64,000 nt of DNA from contig SHZK01000004.1 of NCBI GenBank assembly GCA_009692305.1, forward strand, positions 128,738 to 192,737, read 5' to 3'. This DNA is from Gammaproteobacteria bacterium (GTDB taxonomy: Bacteria; Pseudomonadota; Gammaproteobacteria; Pseudomonadales; Pseudohongiellaceae). The translations under genes were made by a program, and so were the position numbers. Shown piece by piece: positions 1 to 10,985 of the stretch (the first letter of the stretch is position 1; each line of letters opens with the position of its first letter). The notes under the pieces were generated by a model. It worked only from the letters and a program-made list of their open reading frames with translations, made no database searches and was not told the origin of the DNA.

Positions 1-438
1 GGTATCAGATTCTGTGGTGGTCGCAGTCGCCCGCAAATACGCATTAAACTGATCCACAGTGACTTCGTAGCGACCAATAAAATAACCCGGCAGGTCCACC
101 GCGCCTTGGTGTTGGCTGCTTGACCAGCGTTCGTTCTCGTAGGCCATCCCATCCAGCGCGGGATTGCTGCCCATGGTGAATGCTCCAGCTGGGATCTCGA
201 CAAGCCCTAACAGCTCATCATCAGGCAAGTACCATTGATTGGCATTGAAGCCGGCGTAATTCGAAGCAGCCAGCGGTGCCTGATTGAGCACGCCTGCATC
301 CGTAATGGACGTACTCTCACGCTGCATCCAAAACCCCGCAAAGAAAATCAGCAGACTCATCACAGTAAATCCAATTGCCCTGCCTGGCGTCTTATTGGCA
401 GCCAGCGTCTGCGTTTTCAAAATTTCCGGTTTACTCAT
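1..438 (-). CDS. FGE-sulfatase (SUMF1-like) domain protein, N-terminal part only; the gene runs off the left edge
   Basis: My own reverse-strand translation from the ATG at 436-438 gives MSKPEILKTQ..GRAIGFTVMSLLIFFAGFWM (a single TM anchor), then ..LVEIPAGAFTMGSN..ENERWSS..VDLPGYFIGRYEVTVDQFNAYL. That is the typical opening of an FGE-sulfatase domain. It is absent from the ORF track because the window edge truncates it. The ATG overlaps the TGA of the upstream gene (ATGA). Confidence 0.6.
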   Translation of the reverse strand, partial: MSKPEILKTQTLAANKTPGRAIGFTVMSLLIFFAGFWMQRESTSITDAGVLNQAPLAASNYAGFNANQWYLPDDELLGLVEIPAGAFTMGSNPALDGMAYENERWSSSQHQGAVDLPGYFIGRYEVTVDQFNAYLRATATTTESDT

Positions 439-2036
439 AGTTGGTTTCGGTTGTCCGTGCAGGCATAGGACCAACCATGATCGCAGGCGCGTGCATACAG
501 GTCAGGTAATGGCATTTGTAACAAATTCAGACCACCTTCACGCAGCATCAGTCGCAGATCCAGTTCGAGCGGCTCTGCCCGTGCCATCAATTCAGGCTCC
601 AGCAAATTGGCGCAGGCAGCCTGAAACTTGAGCTCACAGGCCTGACTCAGAAAGCGATAAGACTGCTCCGCGTCCGCGGCAACCAGATTGCCTTCCCGGT
701 AGTTCAAACCCAGTTCATTGCAGGCCCATGCGGCATTGTCACCGCAATAGGTTCGCTCCAATTGCAACAGACGGCCGCAAGCATTGGGCAGGTTTCCCGC
801 GCAAGCGTCTTGCCAGAATACAAGGCTGTCACCGGTGTGGCGACCATCAGTTTTGCTGAGCAGCGTCATCGTCGCAAACAGAACAATCCACACACTCATA
901 TGAACCAGATTAAGCCGCCCGCCCAACCAGGATGAGTGCCCTACGTTTACCAGGGTCTTCGAATTTATCGAGCTCACGATTCTATCGATCGCGATCACGC
1001 TCAGGTTCAGCAGCGGTACGCAAAGCAATTTATCGTAAAACGTCGGTACACCAAACATCCCAAGAATTTTATAGAGTGCAAATACACCAATGCCATATAA
1101 CATACCGAATATGATCTTGCCGAGTGGCGTGCGTGGTGATGTGGATGGATCGGTGACTAACAGGTGCAGTCCCAGAAACACGGCTGCGGGAATTTCTGAA
1201 TCCAGGAAGTATGGCACTCCGGAGATTGCAGAATATATTGCACCGAGACCAAACAAGGTGAGCGCTGAGAATCCTGAAACAAGTGTGATGGAAAAGAAAT
1301 ACATGACCACCAGACCGACCAGGAAAAGATATGTGTAAATATTTGGCGCCAACGTCAACGTTGATGCGATCTCCTGTCCCCAGGTCAGATGACTGGTATT
1401 GGTAAGCAGCAATACCAGAGAGATCAATCCAAGAGCAAATGCGGACGGATTGAAAATATGCACGCTGCGCCCATCACGCTGCCAGCGCACATATTCTTTA
1501 CCCATGAAGCCGAGTGCAATCATCAAAAACTGCATATAGAACCAGTCATCGCGGAACCAGAGGAACAGGTTGATGCTGCAGATAATTGGAAGCGGACCAA
1601 AGCCGAGCGTGTAGTCGCGTCGTCGCGACCAGGCGAGCAATATGTCGAAGACATAGGCAAAAATCAGCTGCGCCAGAATTAGCGTCGCATGATCATACAC
1701 GGGACGCCAATAATAGCCCCAGTAGGAATACACGCTCAGCTGTACCATTGCCTGAATATAATGTTGCGGTCGCAGCAAGAACGAAAACCCGCGGACCTCG
1801 TGCCGCTGCCGCGCAATCAGAAATTGCACCAGGAGCCAGCCAAGCAAGGCCGCAACCGCCGCCCTGAAGGACCACACCAGAGTCTCGCTTTGCTGAATCC
1901 GCGCCGTGAAAGACAAAGCCAGCAGTGCCAGCGTAAGCAATAAAGGCAGCAGGAAATTTCCCAATGGTGTGCTGGTGGCAAGCAAGGACCAGCCCGGTCC
2001 ACTTGCTGGTGATTTATTCTGGGCGGCTATAGACAT
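435..2036 (-). CDS. Polytopic inner-membrane protein with an RnfD/NqrB-like core and a C-terminal Cys-rich Sel1-like tail
   Basis: 533-aa ORF with many hydrophobic spans. The motifs HIFNPSAFAL and LLVTDPSTSPRTPLGKIIFG resemble NqrB/RnfD family signatures. The last ~130 aa are soluble and carry 8 Cys, nearly all as Ala-Cys (WACNELG, QACELKFQAAC, ARACDHGWSYAC). The family call is from memory only. Confidence 0.5.
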   Translation of the reverse strand: MSIAAQNKSPASGPGWSLLATSTPLGNFLLPLLLTLALLALSFTARIQQSETLVWSFRAAVAALLGWLLVQFLIARQRHEVRGFSFLLRPQHYIQAMVQLSVYSYWGYYWRPVYDHATLILAQLIFAYVFDILLAWSRRRDYTLGFGPLPIICSINLFLWFRDDWFYMQFLMIALGFMGKEYVRWQRDGRSVHIFNPSAFALGLISLVLLLTNTSHLTWGQEIASTLTLAPNIYTYLFLVGLVVMYFFSITLVSGFSALTLFGLGAIYSAISGVPYFLDSEIPAAVFLGLHLLVTDPSTSPRTPLGKIIFGMLYGIGVFALYKILGMFGVPTFYDKLLCVPLLNLSVIAIDRIVSSINSKTLVNVGHSSWLGGRLNLVHMSVWIVLFATMTLLSKTDGRHTGDSLVFWQDACAGNLPNACGRLLQLERTYCGDNAAWACNELGLNYREGNLVAADAEQSYRFLSQACELKFQAACANLLEPELMARAEPLELDLRLMLREGGLNLLQMPLPDLYARACDHGWSYACTDNRNQL

Positions 2037-2310
2037 CGATGCAGGGTTCCTGAGGCTGGCGACAGAGCGTCGTTGCTGACATTGCGAGTGCGCAAGAATA
2101 AACTACCTATCTGGGCAATACAATTTCGCAGATGCCGCGAGATACGGGCCTGTTGAGCCTGTTACCATTCACCACAACTGTATTTTCCCCTTGAAAATTA
2201 GCGGCAAGAAGCGTAGTTTCGAGCACCTGATTTGGCACTATTGATGCCAGTAACTGCCCCTATCACTTTAAACTGAATCATCAAACTGCATAAAACCATT
2301 GGAGATGCAC

Positions 2311-3348
2311 ATGAGCAGCACCATACTTCGTAGAGCGATCGCTTCTGCCGTAGCCTTGCTACTGGTACCTGTCCTGTTCGCGCAAACCTCTTCGACCGAG
2401 TCCAGCGACATGCCGCGCACCGAGCACGGTCATCCGGACTTTCAGGGCACTTATACTTTTCAGACCATCACACCTTTGAATCGTCCAACCGAGTTGGCTG
2501 ACAAGGCCGTGCTCACCGCTGTTGAGGCCGCCGAATGGGAAGCCTTCGAAAACCAGCGCCAGAATCGCGACTTGATCATCGATAGTGTTGGCGGAGCCGG
2601 CTATCCTCCGGGGGTAATTTCCTATAACGAATTCTGGTATGAGCGCGGCAGCGAGACTATTGAAAGTCGCCGTACCTCCCTGGTCTATGATCCGCCCAAT
2701 GGTCGCGTACCTGACTTGAATGCCGCTGGCCGGGAACGCAATGCCGCGTATGGCGTGATCCTGGACGAAAGTGCCGGCCCTGAAGCCCGTACCACAGTCG
2801 ACCGCTGTTTGACTGGCTTCGTTGGTGGCCCACCAATGATTCCCGGCTCGTACAACAACAACATGCAGATTGTGCAGACCAAGGACCAGATCATGATCCT
2901 CAATGAGATGGTGCATTCTGCCCGTATTATTCGCCTCGATTCTGAGCACCACACCAAGCAGCTGAAGTGGGAAGGTGACTCTATAGCCCATTGGGATGGC
3001 GACACTCTGGTTATCAACACCCGTCATTTCTACCACGACTACAATTTGCGCGGCATGTCAAATCAGGCGCTCATCGAAGAGCGTTTCAGCTGGGTTGACG
3101 GCGATACCTTGTCATACGACTTCACTGTGGAAGACCCCTTGTCATGGGATGTGTCCTGGTCAGCCAATGTGCCTATGGAGCGGTCCGAATTTCCGGTCTA
3201 TGAATACGCCTGCCACGAAGGCAATCACGGTCTCGCCGGAATTCTTGCGGGCTGGAGACGTTATGAATCCATGGGCATGAATGGCGATGGCACCGAGAAA
3301 GATTCCGCAGCTGTCTCAGGTCGCAAAGGACCGGATAGCGAGATATAA
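2311..3348 (+). CDS. Exported protein of unknown function
   Basis: Long ORF with a signal peptide (MSSTILRRAIASAVALLLVPVLFAQT). GGAG lies 6 nt before the ATG at 2311; the ORF-track start at 2299 is a TTG. I recognise no domain. The C-terminus carries YEYACHEGNHGLAG. Confidence 0.7.
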   Translation: MSSTILRRAIASAVALLLVPVLFAQTSSTESSDMPRTEHGHPDFQGTYTFQTITPLNRPTELADKAVLTAVEAAEWEAFENQRQNRDLIIDSVGGAGYPPGVISYNEFWYERGSETIESRRTSLVYDPPNGRVPDLNAAGRERNAAYGVILDESAGPEARTTVDRCLTGFVGGPPMIPGSYNNNMQIVQTKDQIMILNEMVHSARIIRLDSEHHTKQLKWEGDSIAHWDGDTLVINTRHFYHDYNLRGMSNQALIEERFSWVDGDTLSYDFTVEDPLSWDVSWSANVPMERSEFPVYEYACHEGNHGLAGILAGWRRYESMGMNGDGTEKDSAAVSGRKGPDSEI

Positions 3349-3407
3349 CTCTTGCCAGACTGACTTGCTATCGACGCAAGCCAGCCTGGTTTCAATCAGG
3401 AATAATA

Positions 3408-3437
3408 CAAATGGGCCGCAAGGCCCATTTGTTTTTC
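3408..3437 (+). terminator. Rho-independent terminator
   Basis: caaatgggcc-gcaa-ggcccatttg hairpin followed by a T-run, about 60 nt after the stop at 3348. Confidence 0.75.
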
Positions 3438-3474
3438 AGGAATAAAATCCTGATCTGTCCGCAATGAGAAGACA

Positions 3475-3927
3475 ATGAACGCGACCTTGCTGCAAGCAAT
3501 ATTTACCAGAGTACTTTGCATTTCGCTATTTGCAATTTGGCTTGCTCCGGTGATGGCGCTGCCTGCAACAATTCGCATCGCCTCCAGAATGGATCCGAAT
3601 GCCATTACGATTACTGAGGTAGACATAGTTTTCATCTATGACGCTGAACTGGCTGTCAGTTTTCCGGCAACCAAGAAAGATTGGTATGCAGGCAAATTCA
3701 TGCTCACCGGGAATGCCGGTGCAAAGTTCGATATCGTGAATACCTTCGCCCCGCAGGGCTTTGACTCTGTCGCACCGCCGCTGCCCGAGCGGATGAACGA
3801 GGCGCTTAAAATTGTAGTTTTCGCACAGCATGATGCGTCGGAAACTCCGGCTTTTGATATCACCAATTTCAGCGCAGCCCTGATTGAGATCGATTCCTTG
3901 GGCATTCGTGTGACTGACACAGAATAG
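3475..3927 (+). CDS. Small exported protein of unknown function
   Basis: 150-aa ORF with a hydrophobic N-terminus (LCISLFAIWLAPVMALPA). It ends 17 nt before the next gene. No recognisable domain. Confidence 0.55.
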   Translation: MNATLLQAIFTRVLCISLFAIWLAPVMALPATIRIASRMDPNAITITEVDIVFIYDAELAVSFPATKKDWYAGKFMLTGNAGAKFDIVNTFAPQGFDSVAPPLPERMNEALKIVVFAQHDASETPAFDITNFSAALIEIDSLGIRVTDTE

Positions 3928-3944
3928 AGAAGGAACCACGCAGC

Positions 3945-4574
3945 GTGCTGCCCGAAAAATTCAGCGGATTTCTAGCACTCTCGCTGGTATTCATCCTGAT
4001 GCCGGGGCCGAACGTTCTGGTGATCTCGGCTACTGCCATGACTGCCGGGAGGACACGCGGACTGCAGACAGTTGCCGGCGTGTCCCTAGCAATGGCAGTG
4101 CAGTTAGCGCTTGCGGCCTTGGCAACAAGCTCCGTGTTAATGGTGTTGCATACGGGCCTGTTCTGGCTCAAGTGGTTAGGCGTCGGCTATCTGTTATATC
4201 TGGCCGCGCAGTCGCTCTATCTTTGCTGGCGTCCTGGAAATGCTGTTGCCGTGTCCGCTGCTGGCACGTTTCAACGTGGCTTCTTCGTGTCACTAACCAA
4301 TCCAAAGACAATTTTTTTCTTGAGTGCGTTCCTGCCCCAATTTGTGAGCAGTTCCGAATTCTATGTGCAACAAATTGCCCTGCTCTCGACCTGCTTCTGG
4401 GTAATAGCCGTGCTTTGCGACAGTGGCTACGCCATGCTGGCCGCTAAATTGAATTGGTTGGTGACTGCAAATGCGATCCGGACAGCGCAACTACAAAATG
4501 GGTTAAGTGGCACTTTGTATCTGGTTGCGAGCGGCATTCTGGCAAACATGCATAAGTCGCAATCGTTGCCTTGA
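3945..4574 (+). CDS. LysE/RhtB family amino-acid exporter
   Basis: 209 aa, multi-TM, with the family-typical N-terminus LALSLVFILMPGPNVLVISATAM..GR and ..FFVSLTNPKTIFFLSAFLPQF. Confidence 0.85.
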   Translation: MLPEKFSGFLALSLVFILMPGPNVLVISATAMTAGRTRGLQTVAGVSLAMAVQLALAALATSSVLMVLHTGLFWLKWLGVGYLLYLAAQSLYLCWRPGNAVAVSAAGTFQRGFFVSLTNPKTIFFLSAFLPQFVSSSEFYVQQIALLSTCFWVIAVLCDSGYAMLAAKLNWLVTANAIRTAQLQNGLSGTLYLVASGILANMHKSQSLP

Positions 4575-4743
4575 TTCTCTCGATTGCTTGAACCCGTGCA
4601 AATGCAGCAACACAAAAAAAACAGCATACTGCGAGCAGCCGTTCGTGAAACTGTCGGTCTGTGGTTGCTGGCATTGCGCTCGGCAAATGTCATTGAATTG
4701 GGCATACCCGTAGTTTATTCTTGTAACCCCCCAATTTAGCGCA

Positions 4744-5814
4744 GTGAGAATTTCAAAAATGTTGAAGAATAACCGCATAAATACCGCAATTGCTGCCCTG
4801 TTACTGGCGCCCGCATTTGCCTTGGCGCAGGCGGATATGCCGCCCACCAATGACCTGCCAAATCCATACGCTACCCAGGAAGGCTATTTGAAAATGCCTG
4901 CTGGTCGCATGTGGGGTTCTTCCAGCACCGTAGACATGCACCCGGATGGAGAGAGTATCTGGGTAGCTGAACGTTGCGGCGGCAATATTAACGCTTGCGT
5001 CCAGAATCCAGACGTCAATATGATTATGTTGTTCGACAAAGACGGCAACATGGTACGTAGCTTTGGTGCCGGTTATATCACGTGGCCACATGGCATACAT
5101 GTAGATCAGGAAGGCAACGTCTGGGTTGCAGATGGCCGCGACAATAAAGGCGACAATACCCCCGAAGACGCCGTGATTGGACACCAGATTCACAAATTCA
5201 GTGAAACTGGTGAGCACCTGATGTCCCTGGGCAAAAAAGGCGGCGGTCAGGGCGATGAATATTTCTTCACGCCGAATGACATGCACGTGGCTCCGAACGG
5301 TGACATCTTCGTTGCCGAAGGCCACGCCAATAGCGCCGGCACTCCTGCCCGCGTATTGAAGTTCACCAGCACCGGCGAGTTCATCAAGTCATTCGGCGAG
5401 ATGGGTGATGGCCCCGGCCAATTCATGCAGCCACACGCGCTGGCTATGGATGCGCAAGGTCGACTCTTCGTCGGCGATCGCAGCAATAACCGCGTACAGA
5501 TCTTCGATCAGGAAGGTAATTTCATCGATATGTGGTACCAGTTTGGCCGTCCCAGCGGTATCTACATCGACCAGGCTGGTATGTTGTATTCCGCTGACTC
5601 TGAGTCGGGCTCAGTTAATCCTGCGCACGTCGCCTGGTTGCGCGGCATCCGCGTTGGCAGTGCCAGTACTGGCGAAGTTCAGTATCTGATTCCTGATCCA
5701 AATCCAGCGTGCACCGGCACCTGCACCGCAGAAGGTGTAGTAGCTGACAAGAACGGGGTTATTTACGGTGCGGAAGTTGGCCCGGTGGGCGGCATCAAGC
5801 GCTACACTCGTTAA
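4744..5814 (+). CDS. Secreted NHL-repeat beta-propeller protein
   Basis: Signal peptide (AIAALLLAPAFALAQA). Repeated NHL-like blades, e.g. PHGIHVDQEGNVWVAD, PNDMHVAPNGDIFVAEG and QPHALAMDAQGRLFVGDRSNNRVQIFDQEGNFI. The start could be GTG 4744 or ATG 4759. Confidence 0.8.
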   Translation: MRISKMLKNNRINTAIAALLLAPAFALAQADMPPTNDLPNPYATQEGYLKMPAGRMWGSSSTVDMHPDGESIWVAERCGGNINACVQNPDVNMIMLFDKDGNMVRSFGAGYITWPHGIHVDQEGNVWVADGRDNKGDNTPEDAVIGHQIHKFSETGEHLMSLGKKGGGQGDEYFFTPNDMHVAPNGDIFVAEGHANSAGTPARVLKFTSTGEFIKSFGEMGDGPGQFMQPHALAMDAQGRLFVGDRSNNRVQIFDQEGNFIDMWYQFGRPSGIYIDQAGMLYSADSESGSVNPAHVAWLRGIRVGSASTGEVQYLIPDPNPACTGTCTAEGVVADKNGVIYGAEVGPVGGIKRYTR

Positions 5815-5844
5815 TAGTAGTAGCGAGTATCGCACTCATAAAAA

Positions 5845-5876
5845 ACCCGCCTCTGGCGGGTTTTTTATTTTTTGAC
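5845..5876. terminator. Bidirectional rho-independent terminator between convergent genes
   Basis: aacccgcc-tctg-ggcgggtt stem flanked by an A-run upstream and a T-run downstream. It sits between the NHL gene (+) and icd (-). Confidence 0.8.
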
Positions 5877-5955
5877 TTTTAGTTCCTGTCTCTTTATCTC
5901 TCTGTCTCTCTATCTTTCTTTGATCCGTCGAAAAAACATTGAATTTAACTACTAC

Positions 5956-8202
<2,247 letters not shown>

Positions 8203-8320
8203 TTACTAAACGCGGTTAATGCTTGAGGCTGTCGTTTAGGATAAAAGTTAGGGTAACAGTTCAGGGCAGCAGTTTAAGCGGCCGCACATTATAACAGCCA
8301 TGCCGGGAAGGGCAAAGCAG

Positions 8321-8374
8321 GGCTGCCCTGGATAGTAGGGCTGCCTGAGAAATAGTAAGGCTGCCTGAGATAGC
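8321..8374. repeat. Three tandem ~18-21 bp direct repeats in the icd/GNAT divergent promoter region
   Basis: ggctgccctggatagta / gggctgcctgagaaatagtaa / ggctgcctgagatagc, read directly from the sequence. Confidence 0.8.
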
Positions 8375-8390
8375 GGGTATGGACAGCCTG

Positions 8391-8398
8391 TGTATAAT
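8391..8398 (+). promoter_or_regulatory. Candidate extended -10 element (TGTATAAT) for the GNAT gene
   Basis: TGnTATAAT-type match about 30 nt upstream of the ATG at 8429. No clear -35 identified. Confidence 0.3.
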
Positions 8399-8428
8399 GC
8401 GGCGTTTACGCAAAACCGGGATTCACAG

Positions 8429-8938
8429 ATGAAAATAGCAACAGGGCTACCAGATTTTGAGCTGCGCATTGCGGAAATTGCTGACTGTCCGCTCATCCTC
8501 GATTTCATCAAGCAATTGGCTGACTATGAACGCTTGAGCGATGCCGTGGTGGCTACTGTCGAAATTCTTGAAGAAACGCTGTTTGGTGCACAGCGCAATG
8601 TGGAAATTTTGCTGGCAGAGTATCAGAACACACCGGTTGCCTATGCCCTGTACTTCCAGAATTTTTCCACGTTTACCGGTCGCCCCGGAATTTATCTGGA
8701 AGATCTGTATGTGAAACCCGCAATGCGTGGCAAGGGCTTCGGCAAGTGTCTGCTCGCCTACATTGCCAAACTCGCTGTGGAGCGCAAGTGCACAAGATTC
8801 GAGTGGTCGGTACTGGACTGGAATGAACCGTCTATTCAATTCTACCGTTCCATCGGTGCGGTACCGATGGCTGAATGGACAGTGCAGAGACTTGACGGCA
8901 AGGCCTTGCACCAATTTGCGGCAGAGTTTGATCGGTAA
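8429..8938 (+). CDS. GNAT family N-acetyltransferase (diamine/spermidine acetyltransferase-like)
   Basis: MKIATGLPDFELRIAEIADCPLILDFI.., acetyl-CoA motif KPAMRGKGFGKCLLAYIAKLAV. I prefer the internal ATG at 8429 because the ORF-track start at 8390 lies in the putative promoter. Confidence 0.85.
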   Translation: MKIATGLPDFELRIAEIADCPLILDFIKQLADYERLSDAVVATVEILEETLFGAQRNVEILLAEYQNTPVAYALYFQNFSTFTGRPGIYLEDLYVKPAMRGKGFGKCLLAYIAKLAVERKCTRFEWSVLDWNEPSIQFYRSIGAVPMAEWTVQRLDGKALHQFAAEFDR

Positions 8939-8967
8939 ATTACCAGCCAGGATCGAGGACTGAAAAA

Positions 8968-9819
8968 TTGAACAGAATTGTGTATGTGAATGGCGCTTAT
9001 GTGGCGGAACAGGATGCCAAAGTATCGGTCTTTGATCGCGGCTTCATTTTTGGTGATGGGGTGTACGAGGTGGTGCCGGTAATTCACGGCAAGATGGTTG
9101 ATAAGCAATATTTTGTGGAGCGACTCAACCGTAGTCTGGGGGAGTTAAAAATTAGCTGGCCCTGTTCCGAAACACATTACCTCGAGGTAATGCAGGAATT
9201 GATTCGTCGCAACCAGCTCGAAGAGGGCATGGTGTACACGCAAGTGACTCGAGGTGTCGCAGACAGAAACTTCCAGTTCCCGCCCCCCACACCCACCACG
9301 CTGGTAGCCTTTACCTCTGCACTACCTCTACTCAACAGCCCTGCCGCGATTAACGGAATTATAGTAACCACTGCCGAAGACCTGCGCTGGAAACGGCGCG
9401 ATATCAAATCAGTTAACTTGTTGGCCCAATGTCTGGCGAAACAGGATGCTCATAGCAAGGGTGCCAATGAATGCTGGATGGTAGAAGATGGCTTCGTCAC
9501 CGAAGGCGCTTCGTCATCTGCATATATCGTCAGCAATGGAAAAATTATCACGCGCCCGCTTTCGAACTGGATCTTGCCTGGAATTCGTCGTCGCACCTTG
9601 CTGGAAATTGCCAAACAAGCCGGCATCGAAGTCGAAGAGCGTCCATTTACCATAGCGGAAGCATTGGCAGCAGATGAGGCATTTGTCAGCAGCGCCACCA
9701 CGATCGTGACCGCGGTGATCAGTATAGATGGCAACAAAATTGCGAACGGCGTCCCCGGCCCTGTGACCATGCGGCTGCGAGAGCTCTATATCAAGCGCAT
9801 GCTGCTCGAAGCGAATTAG
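8968..9819 (+). CDS. Class IV aminotransferase, D-amino-acid transaminase-like
   Basis: 283 aa. VYVNGAYV..AKVSVFDRGFIFGDGVYEVV and a later ..DIKSVNLL.. segment are typical of the D-alanine/branched-chain aminotransferase fold type IV. TTG start. Confidence 0.8.
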   Translation: MNRIVYVNGAYVAEQDAKVSVFDRGFIFGDGVYEVVPVIHGKMVDKQYFVERLNRSLGELKISWPCSETHYLEVMQELIRRNQLEEGMVYTQVTRGVADRNFQFPPPTPTTLVAFTSALPLLNSPAAINGIIVTTAEDLRWKRRDIKSVNLLAQCLAKQDAHSKGANECWMVEDGFVTEGASSSAYIVSNGKIITRPLSNWILPGIRRRTLLEIAKQAGIEVEERPFTIAEALAADEAFVSSATTIVTAVISIDGNKIANGVPGPVTMRLRELYIKRMLLEAN

Positions 9820-9968
9820 CCGCTGGGGATTCCTGCAAAAAATTTCACCAATTAATATTTATAGCCAGTGTGCTATGCGTAGTCCGTGCTCGCACTATTT
9901 GCTCTGCCGCCTTGGTATGGTATCGAACCAATGTAGCGCTGCCAGCATCCTGGCGACTCCCGCATCAA

Positions 9969-10964
9969 TCAAGCATCGGTAAAGCTGATCACTTCACTAA
10001 TATCAGTCGCACCCACTTTCAACATCAATAAGCGATCCACTCCCAGTGCGACACCAGCACATGCTGGCAAGCCGCTGGCTAATGCCGCGAGCAGTTTTTC
10101 ATCAGACGGATATTCGGGTAATTGCAATTGTCGGCGCCGGCTGTTATCGGCGGCGAAGCGCGCCCCTTGTTCATCGGCATCTGTCAGTTCGAAGTAGCCG
10201 TTCGCAAGTTCCATTCCCTTGCCAAATAATTCGAAACGGTAGGCAACGCGCTGGCCCTGCCCATCGAGCCCGGTGGCGGCGAGCGCAGCCTGGGCCAGTG
10301 GATAGTTATAAATGAAGCAGTATTCCGGCAGCTGCGGCTCTATGCATTGCGCAAGCAATTGCTGCAAGTAATCTGTTGCCGATAACTCAGCTGAATTGAA
10401 ATTGATTTTGTTTGTTGCAAGTGCACGCAACTCATCAAACGTAATCTGGTGCGGATCGAAAGCAAGATGTCTGCGGAATAATTCACGGTAGCTGATGCGC
10501 TCGATTGCAGCGCACTGCAGCGTAGTGACGAGCAGCTGCTCCACCTCATCCATAAGATCCGCCAGGGAAAAACCAGGTCGATACCATTCCAGCATGGTGA
10601 ATTCCCGGTTATGCATCTGTCCTGATTCTTCCGCACGGAAAGCTTTACACAGCTGATAGATGGGTCCGCTGCCAGCTGCAAGCATGCGCTTCATGGCGAA
10701 CTCGGGAGAGGTTTGTAAATACGCGGGCGCGCTGCTGAACTGATTGGCCGCCGTGACGACAAAAGACTGAATATAAACATCTGTAGCGGTGGTAGCTGCC
10801 AGCAGTGGGGTTTCCACTTCCAGCACATTGCGTGCGGAGAAAAACTGTCTGATCGACTGCAGAAGCTGTGCGCGCGCCTTGATCCGATCTAATCCAGCTC
10901 CCGGTTTCCAGTCAATCGATTTCCCGACATTCGGTTTTTCGACATTCGGTTTTTCGACAATCAT
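9969..10964 (-). CDS. epmA: Elongation factor P--(R)-beta-lysine ligase
   Basis: Class II LysRS-like core without an anticodon domain (FFSARNVLEVETPLL, FRAEESGQMHNREFTMLEWY, GVALGVDRLLML). Adjacent to efp and epmB. Confidence 0.9.
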   Translation of the reverse strand: MIVEKPNVEKPNVGKSIDWKPGAGLDRIKARAQLLQSIRQFFSARNVLEVETPLLAATTATDVYIQSFVVTAANQFSSAPAYLQTSPEFAMKRMLAAGSGPIYQLCKAFRAEESGQMHNREFTMLEWYRPGFSLADLMDEVEQLLVTTLQCAAIERISYRELFRRHLAFDPHQITFDELRALATNKINFNSAELSATDYLQQLLAQCIEPQLPEYCFIYNYPLAQAALAATGLDGQGQRVAYRFELFGKGMELANGYFELTDADEQGARFAADNSRRRQLQLPEYPSDEKLLAALASGLPACAGVALGVDRLLMLKVGATDISEVISFTDA

Positions 10965-10985
10965 AGTCGCGCCGAAAAAAGCGCG

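Noticed and set aside
2359-3036. 225-aa ORF antisense to the exported-protein gene. The same applies to other long antisense ORFs such as 4801-5325, 14560-15054, 24978-25616, 50607-51092, 52785-53381, 53921-54388 and 58564-59124.
   Set aside because: All lie entirely inside, and opposite to, genes with strong family signatures. Their translations are low-complexity or Arg/His/Cys-rich and have no recognisable motifs, which makes them typical shadow ORFs.
8321-8374. Possibility that the tandem repeats here, or at 28107-28138 and 29927-29961, are a CRISPR array
   Set aside because: There are only 2-3 copies, the units are 14-21 bp with no spacers of CRISPR size, and no cas genes are in the window.
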